Assembly: GCA_028281945.1 (NCBI GenBank)
Contig: JANQIW010000037.1
Location: forward strand, 494-64,493
Length of the DNA stretch: 64,000 bases
Source of the DNA: Prochloraceae cyanobacterium PL24a_bin.78
GTDB taxonomy: Bacteria > Cyanobacteriota > Cyanobacteriia > Cyanobacteriales > JANQIW01
Direction of reading: 5' to 3'
The position numbers and the translations under genes were made by a program. Shown in pieces: positions 57,720 through 64,000 of this stretch (within the stretch, counting starts at the first letter, position 1; each line of letters begins with the position of its first letter). Below the pieces are notes generated by a model, which saw nothing but the letters and a program-made list of their open reading frames with translations, did not search any database and was not told where the DNA came from.

Positions 57720-58832
57720 ATGGTTACGACTAATACTATCATTGGGATGACTGGAAATAACGACTATGTTGGTATCAATAGCGCTGATGTTAATATTCTT
57801 GACTATTCAACATTAGGAGAGAAAGTAACTCTTCTTCCTGAAGGAAATATCCAAAAAATATCAGGAACTGATACCATTCAAAATATCGATGTCATTATTG
57901 GTGATAGTAATTTTGATAATCTTATTGATGGGAATGGAGGCACTAATGGGACTTTTAACATTGATTTGGAGACTGAATCCCTTGAAATTATAGGAATTCC
58001 CACATTAGGAGATCTTCAATTTACAGTTATCAACTTTGTTAATGTTGATGGAACAAGAAATGATGATGAAATCAGAGGTGATTCTAAAGATAATGACTTC
58101 TTTGGAGATGAAGGTAATGATACCCTAGATGGTAAAGATGGTAATGATACCCTCAATGGCGCAAATGGCAATGATAGTCTCCTTGGTGGATTGGGCAATG
58201 ATAGCATCCTTGGTGGATTTGGATTTGATACCCTTAATGGGGGAAATGGTAGTGATACTCTCTTTGGTGGAGAAGGTGATGATCTTGTCAGTGGTGGAGA
58301 AGGTAATGATACTGTAAATGGTGATAATGGGGATGATACCCTCAATGGGGGAAATGGTAATGATCGCCTCTTTGCTGGAGAAGGTAATGATCTCCTCAAT
58401 GGTGAAGGTGATGATGATAGCATCCTTGGTGGATTGGGATTTGATACCCTTAATGGGGGAAATGGTAATGATACCTTAAATGGTCAAGATGACAATGATA
58501 GCCTCAATGGCGGAGAAGGAAATGATTCTTTAATTGGTGAAAATGGTAATGATAACCTTGATGGTGGATTAGGTAATGACACCCTAATTGGTGGAAATGG
58601 TAATGATATCTTTGTTTTACAACTTTTTAATGGAACAGATATAATAACGGATTTCGATACTACTGATGATTTAATTGGTTTATCTGGATTAACTTTTTCA
58701 GATTTAACCATACAAGCAAATAGCATATCAACTATTGATTCAGATATTTTTAGTGGTAGTGATTTATTGGCAACAGTTCAAGGAGTAGATTTTAACACTC
58801 TTGATAATTCAAGTTTATTTACAGTAATATAA
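57720..58832 (+). CDS. RTX-type calcium-binding repeat protein
   Basis: 370 aa with about 20 GGxGNDxLxG nonapeptide repeats. Confidence 0.85.
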   Translation: MVTTNTIIGMTGNNDYVGINSADVNILDYSTLGEKVTLLPEGNIQKISGTDTIQNIDVIIGDSNFDNLIDGNGGTNGTFNIDLETESLEIIGIPTLGDLQFTVINFVNVDGTRNDDEIRGDSKDNDFFGDEGNDTLDGKDGNDTLNGANGNDSLLGGLGNDSILGGFGFDTLNGGNGSDTLFGGEGDDLVSGGEGNDTVNGDNGDDTLNGGNGNDRLFAGEGNDLLNGEGDDDSILGGLGFDTLNGGNGNDTLNGQDDNDSLNGGEGNDSLIGENGNDNLDGGLGNDTLIGGNGNDIFVLQLFNGTDIITDFDTTDDLIGLSGLTFSDLTIQANSISTIDSDIFSGSDLLATVQGVDFNTLDNSSLFTVI

Positions 58833-58931
58833 TGAAAAAATAACATTATTTTCTGAATAAATGCTAATAATTGACTTTACTTAATCTCCTATAGCTATGG
58901 CGATCTCTTTATTGAGATCGCTGGCAAACCC

Positions 58932-60314
58932 TCAAGAAACAATCATGCCCTCCAAAGCCGATCGAATATCTCCTGTAAGAGTAGAAATAGCAGACTTGCG
59001 CTTACTCTTATAATCATCCCAACGCCCAGAAACAGAAATAGGTTCACCCACAGTCAGATTAACCACCTGCTGCCCCAAACTAGGACGAGAACTAGGATCG
59101 CCCCCCTTAATACGAGTAATGAGATCCCATAACAAAAGAGTAGTATCAGCAAACCTTTCCAACGTAGGTTTTTCCTTAACATAAGAACCAGTCACCGCAA
59201 CAAAAGACTCAACCAACCGCATATGCCACATACGAAGACTAGCTTCCTCCGCCACCAAATTAGCCAAACCTCGCTCAAGTGCAGTAATAGGTTGCTTAAG
59301 TTCCTGCCGATAGATGCGATCCCATCCCGCTTGTTCCAGACGACGGCAACGATCACTCGCATTACCTTTAGACTTAAGACAGAAATAATCCTCAGCAACC
59401 TCAAGAGCGACATCAAGTAAATTATGCAACCTATCAGCTAGAACCGCATTAGTAACCTCTTTATCTTCAAACTTAGGAATATCCTTACCATAAAAATTAC
59501 GATAAAAATCCTCCATAAAACATAAAACAAATACACCCAAACCATAAAGACGAGAATAAAGAGAATCAATATTCAACTTATCACCCTTAGATTCAAGAGA
59601 ATTACCCTTATCTTCTGGCTTTAAACCACAATCAGACTCCAAACTTGTCAGAAGTTGAGCCAGAGAATCCCATGGAGAATCCACATAACTATACTGAATT
59701 CCCAGAGGTAAAATGAAAACTTCCTCCGATCGACCAGCCTTGAGTAAATCTTCAACACACCAGAAACCCATTTGAGCAATACCCGGTTCCAAAGGACTAA
59801 TAATCTCATTATGGCCATTAGTAGCACCTTCCGGAGCCGCCGCAATAGGAAAATTAGAATTAGCAAAGAGATTCCGAGCAGATTTCAAACCAAAAATATC
59901 CAGTTTTCCTCGTTGAATAGATGTACCACCCAAATTAGAAAAAAGCCATCCAATCCAGTTTCCCGCCCATAAAGGAATACCTCTATCATAAATAAAATGA
60001 GAATGAGTAGAAGATTTAAAAGAAATATCATTCTCTCTAGCAACTTGAGGTAAAATTTTCCACATCAAATAAGCCATAGACAAAGGATCCAAAGCATTAG
60101 GATGACGAAACGCCATCATCAAACGAATTTTTCCCCCTTCAAAATCAGAATAAAGCCTTGCCAAAGTCTCAACGTTATGAGCTTTAACCTCAGTAATATT
60201 AGTACCCAATTTCAGCCACCAAGGTAAAACTACCTTACCAAGAGATAAAACCAGAGGATTAAATGCAGGAGGAATAAATTCCAATGGAGGTTGAGCCTTA
60301 ACTAAATCAGACAT
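58932..60314 (-). CDS. lysophospholipid/glycerol-phosphate acyltransferase family protein
   Basis: 460 aa. HPNALD (HX4D motif) and AAPEGATNG (PEGT-like motif III). Confidence 0.6.
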   Translation of the reverse strand: MSDLVKAQPPLEFIPPAFNPLVLSLGKVVLPWWLKLGTNITEVKAHNVETLARLYSDFEGGKIRLMMAFRHPNALDPLSMAYLMWKILPQVARENDISFKSSTHSHFIYDRGIPLWAGNWIGWLFSNLGGTSIQRGKLDIFGLKSARNLFANSNFPIAAAPEGATNGHNEIISPLEPGIAQMGFWCVEDLLKAGRSEEVFILPLGIQYSYVDSPWDSLAQLLTSLESDCGLKPEDKGNSLESKGDKLNIDSLYSRLYGLGVFVLCFMEDFYRNFYGKDIPKFEDKEVTNAVLADRLHNLLDVALEVAEDYFCLKSKGNASDRCRRLEQAGWDRIYRQELKQPITALERGLANLVAEEASLRMWHMRLVESFVAVTGSYVKEKPTLERFADTTLLLWDLITRIKGGDPSSRPSLGQQVVNLTVGEPISVSGRWDDYKSKRKSAISTLTGDIRSALEGMIVS

Positions 60315-60546
60315 AATCCTAAAAATTCTCTAAATAAATTTAAATTTGATAACCAAAAACTTTTTTTTAAAAGAAATCATTACTTAATAAACTATCAAAA
60401 AGCTATTAATTCCTAAGCATTAAAGCGAAACTGCAAAAAATAAAATAAAAAAATTCTATCTTTAAATCATTATGATCAAAATATATAATTTTTCTTTAAA
60501 ATATAATCTAGCATTAACTATTAATTAAATGATTATTTATTACTTA

Positions 60547-61626
60547 TTAATTATATATTTCCATTTGTTTTTCTCGTTCCATTTTAGGTTTTAAATAAAG
60601 ATTTTCTAAAACAACACTAGCACCAGCCACCCAAGGAGGAATAATCAAAGCACCAAGAATTCCTAAAAGTTGTACCCCACTAAGCACTCCCAATAACTGA
60701 TATAAAGGAGTAACCTTAACCGAAGAACCAACCAAAAGAGGATCTAACACATAAGTTTCTATATTTTGGATAATAACAAATAATAACAAAGTCCATAAAA
60801 AAGTCCAACCACCAAAAGAAACCGCCACAATCAAAGCAGGAATTGCCCCTAAGACAGGACCAAAAAAAGGAATTAGATTAGTAATACCAGCAATTACACC
60901 CAAACCCAAAGCAAATTCAGAAATACCTACAACTCTTAAACCAAAACTAATAGCCACACCCAAGATAAAAGAAACTAAAAGTCTTCCTTGGATATAACCA
61001 CCCATTCTTTGGCTAATAGGTTTAACTTGCTGTGCCAAACGCTCATCCCAAGGCTTAGGAAACAAGCTCACAAAGCCTTGAATTAAATTTTTCGAGCCAG
61101 ATAAGAGATAAGCCGAGAGTAACAATGCTAAAATTATATTTAAAACTCCACCGAGAAAACCCCTTGTTAAGCCTAAAGAGCGAACTAAAAGCCTTTGAGA
61201 AGAGCGTAAAGTCCAAGAAATAACCGCCTGAATATCAAAAAAGCGATCGATCAAGCTCAAATTTTCCGGTTCAGCCATACCAAAACGTACAGTTAAATTC
61301 GTAAAAATAGATTTTAACTCTTCAATATAATTAGGTGATTTTTGTACTAAAGCTTGAATTTGTTGTATAACAGTAGGACCAAGTAATAAAACCAATCCGG
61401 TTAAAATAGCAATTATCCCTAAATAAACCAAGATTACACCTAACCAACGAGGAATTTTAAACTTTTCAGCATGATCAATAATTGGTGCTAAAGTAGAAGC
61501 TATAACAATAGCAATCATTAAAATCAAGATTAAACTTCTTAATTGCCAAATTAAAATTGACAACAAAACAGTAGCAATAATTAAAAAAAGGTTGGATAGA
61601 GAAATTCCAATTTTTCGCTCAGACAT
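60547..61626 (-). CDS. AI-2E family transporter (PerM/UPF0118)
   Basis: 359 aa and polytopic. NLIPFFGPVLGAIPA is the characteristic motif. Confidence 0.8.
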   Translation of the reverse strand: MSERKIGISLSNLFLIIATVLLSILIWQLRSLILILMIAIVIASTLAPIIDHAEKFKIPRWLGVILVYLGIIAILTGLVLLLGPTVIQQIQALVQKSPNYIEELKSIFTNLTVRFGMAEPENLSLIDRFFDIQAVISWTLRSSQRLLVRSLGLTRGFLGGVLNIILALLLSAYLLSGSKNLIQGFVSLFPKPWDERLAQQVKPISQRMGGYIQGRLLVSFILGVAISFGLRVVGISEFALGLGVIAGITNLIPFFGPVLGAIPALIVAVSFGGWTFLWTLLLFVIIQNIETYVLDPLLVGSSVKVTPLYQLLGVLSGVQLLGILGALIIPPWVAGASVVLENLYLKPKMEREKQMEIYN

Positions 61627-61919
61627 AGAAAGATAATTGATTATTTAAGGACAAAAAAATGATAGACAAAAATTAAATATTAGATGCAGTTCAAGTTTAT
61701 ATTAACAAGGGATAGATTGGATCCAATTCTTCTTAAATTTTGTCAATAATTGGATTATAATGAAAAGAGGAATTTCCTTGTTTTGCAAAGCTTACCCTGT
61801 TTTAAAATTTTAATTGTTTAAAATTAACCTAAATTCTATCTATAATACTATGTCAAAAGAACGGTCACAATTACACTTGCTAACCTAAATAATAACTTAT
61901 ACCTTTGCCAGTACATTTT

Positions 61920-63581
61920 ATGAATAACAGTATAATAGGTGGGCGATATCAAATCATTAAAAGAATAGGAAGGGGAGCATTTGGTGAAACCTTTCTATCA
62001 GAAGATATAGAAACAAAACAAAAGTGTGTCGTCAAAAAGTTAAAACCTATGGTAAAAGACGAAAACACTTTAGAAATAGCAAAAAGATTATTCAAAAAAG
62101 AAGCAGAAACTCTCGAAAAATTAGGGAATCATCCTCAAATTCCTGCATTATTAGCCTATTATGAAGAAGAATTATCCATCGTTCAAGAATTTATTGAAGG
62201 TAGGAGTTTAGAAGAAGATATTCATCGCGGTAAAATATTAAACAAGAGCGAAGTAGAACAGATTTTAGAAGAAGTTTTAGAAATTTTAGTATTCGTCCAC
62301 GACCGACAAGTAATTCATAGAGATATTAAACCTTCCAATTTAATTAGACGTTATAGTGATGGCAAATTAGTATTAATTGATTTTGGTGCAGTAAAAGAAA
62401 TTAGTACCTTAGAAACCAATATTCAAACAGGGCAAACATCTGTAACCGTTGCCATTGGAACAGTGGGATTTATGTCTCCAGAGCAACAACAAGGCAAGCC
62501 TAAATGTAATAGTGATATTTATGCTTTAGGAATGATGGGAATTCAAGCCTTAACAGGGAAATCTCCTAAGGAAATTGTAGATGATGAACGTAGTTATAAA
62601 GAAATTTTACAACGTCATAGCAATGCCAGTTCTAAATTGATCACCATTTTAGAAAAAATGGTACGCCCTGATTGGAAAGAGCGTTATCAAAATTCATCTG
62701 ATGTGATTAATGATCTTAAACATGGGATGTTACCATCTTCTACTTTAAATATGGGCATTAAATTTGCTGTAGCAGGAACTTTAGGTGCATTACTATGGTT
62801 TGTTTTTCCATTTGTTCGCTCAGTGTTCTTATTTCAGAAAGGTATTGAGTTAATCAACCAACAAGAATATATAGAAGCAGTACAGTTCTTTGATCAAATT
62901 ATAGAAATTAATCCTAATGCAGCCAACAGCTTGTACTATAAAGGATTTGCCCTCTCTCAATTAGGGCGTTTTGAACAACAACTTATATCTTGTCAGCGAG
63001 CATCCCAAATCCAACCAAATTTTGTTGAGGCTATTAATTGCCAAGGCCTTGCTTTATATAGTTTAGGAAAATATCAAGAATCTCTGGAATTTTATCGCAA
63101 GACTACTGATATTCAAATTGATTTTTATCAAGGATATTATAACTTAGGAGAAAGTCTTGTGAAGCTTAAACGTTTTGAAGAAGCTCTAGAAGCTTTCGAT
63201 CGAGCAAAACTTTATCAACCAGATTATGTTATTGCTTGGAATAATCATGGGAATGCTTTATTTGCATTAGAAAGATATCCAGAAGCCATTGCTTCTTACG
63301 ATCAAGCAATTAAAATAAATCCAAATTATGCTTATGCTTATTTAGGTAGAGGTAATGCCAAAAGAAAACAAGGACGTTTTCAAGAAGCTATTTTAGATTA
63401 TAATAAAGTAACTGAACTAGAACCTCAATTATATGAAGTATATTATACTAAGGCATTAGTCCATAGATCCTTGCAACAGTGTGAACTTAGTATTGAAGAT
63501 CTTGATCGAGGGATTGAAATTAAACCTGACTATTTAGCCGCTATTAGATTAAGAGAACAAATACTAAATAATTGTGAATGA
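61920..63581 (+). CDS. Ser/Thr protein kinase with TM segment and C-terminal TPR repeats
   Basis: GRGAFGETF, VVKKL, HRDIKPSNL, DFG and SPEQ, followed by a TM helix and about 7 TPRs. The ATG at 61920 is preferred over the TTG at 61905. Confidence 0.85.
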   Translation: MNNSIIGGRYQIIKRIGRGAFGETFLSEDIETKQKCVVKKLKPMVKDENTLEIAKRLFKKEAETLEKLGNHPQIPALLAYYEEELSIVQEFIEGRSLEEDIHRGKILNKSEVEQILEEVLEILVFVHDRQVIHRDIKPSNLIRRYSDGKLVLIDFGAVKEISTLETNIQTGQTSVTVAIGTVGFMSPEQQQGKPKCNSDIYALGMMGIQALTGKSPKEIVDDERSYKEILQRHSNASSKLITILEKMVRPDWKERYQNSSDVINDLKHGMLPSSTLNMGIKFAVAGTLGALLWFVFPFVRSVFLFQKGIELINQQEYIEAVQFFDQIIEINPNAANSLYYKGFALSQLGRFEQQLISCQRASQIQPNFVEAINCQGLALYSLGKYQESLEFYRKTTDIQIDFYQGYYNLGESLVKLKRFEEALEAFDRAKLYQPDYVIAWNNHGNALFALERYPEAIASYDQAIKINPNYAYAYLGRGNAKRKQGRFQEAILDYNKVTELEPQLYEVYYTKALVHRSLQQCELSIEDLDRGIEIKPDYLAAIRLREQILNNCE

Positions 63582-63888
63582 AGTTATTAGAAAATTTTAG
63601 AAAAGAATCCTAATTAAGATAACAACCGAGCTTTTGATTTAACTGAAAATAAAGACTAAAAAATACAGTTTTAAATTTTAGAGTGAGTTGTGGTCAAAAT
63701 TTTTATCTCAGAGAATTAATAGTATTCCTAAATATTTCTTTGGATAAGACTGAGAAAATAAAACAGAAAGGATAATTGTCACTAATATTCTCCTCAATTT
63801 AAGTAAGAATCATTCCAGAAAATTTCCCAAAAAAAATCTTGCCACAAAAATCATAAAGTGTTATCCTAGGAAAGTTGTAAAAATCGCA

Positions 63889-63949
63889 CATTCAGGATTT
63901 CGGGTGTTTCTCGAAAGCGAAATCCACCTGAATGGAGGTATAACCCGAA
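63889..63949 (+). promoter_or_regulatory. structured 5' leader of rpsB (hairpin plus alternative or pseudoknot pairing next to the SD)
   Basis: cattcaggatttcg (63889-902) pairs with cgaaat-cca-cctgaatg (63918-934). ttcgggt (63899-905) is also complementary to acccgaa (63943-949), which abuts the AAGGAG SD. Confidence 0.45.
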
Positions 63950-63962
63950 AGGAGAAAAATCA

Positions 63963-64000
63963 ATGCCAGTAGTTTCATTAGCAGAACTTTTAGAATCAGG
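63963..64000 (+). CDS. rpsB: 30S ribosomal protein S2, N-terminal fragment (window edge)
   Basis: MPVVSLAELLESG matches the conserved S2 start (M..VS...LLE.GVHFGHQ). An AAGGAG SD lies 8-9 nt upstream. Confidence 0.7.
   Translation, partial: MPVVSLAELLES

Noticed and set aside
58016-58423. Minus-strand and offset ORFs (58016-58423, 58129-58317, 58484-58726) inside the RTX-repeat gene.
   Set aside because: They are artefacts of GGxGNDxL nonapeptide DNA periodicity. They have no start context and give low-complexity S/P/L translations.

Overview
This is an AT-rich chromosomal segment, roughly one-third G+C by eye. Gene content looks cyanobacterial: the mgdA/mgdE glucolipid pathway, DUF1995, many Uma2 and pentapeptide-repeat genes, and a HIP1-like CGATCG excess. 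About 55 ORFs look real. Most are housekeeping: dnaX, ruvX, nadB, a gap-eno-glgP catabolic cluster, phosphonate ABC transport, pepN, cysteine desulfurase, the start of rpsB, and an SRP RNA. Accessory material sits between them. The most unusual locus is 25.5-31.0 kb. It holds a small two-TM gene plus a vapBC module, facing a tandem array of three diverged paralogs. Each paralog fuses an N-terminal HTH-like head to a pentapeptide-repeat beta-helix of about 12, 50 and 49 pentads. The array carries near-perfect intragenic DNA duplications and a strong A+C strand-composition island. A second theme is an apparently unannotated family of MITE-like dispersed elements, with at least 7 copies. They have about 18-bp terminal inverted repeats and an internal G-rich 8-9-nt tandem repeat core with G-quadruplex potential. 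They are always intergenic and generate spurious ORFs. Other items worth a second look:
- an A9 slippery tract in dnaX at the start of a 220-aa low-complexity tail
- a bacterial DEP-domain protein
- a secreted PPC-TPR-CHAT protease
- a 2H-phosphoesterase next to a TIGR02452 macro-like gene
- an orphan NifX/NafY-like gene
- small remnants of xisH, an ECF sigma factor and a pentapeptide gene
- a pseudoknot-capable rpsB leader

All family assignments come from motif recognition by eye. No database search or folding program was run.
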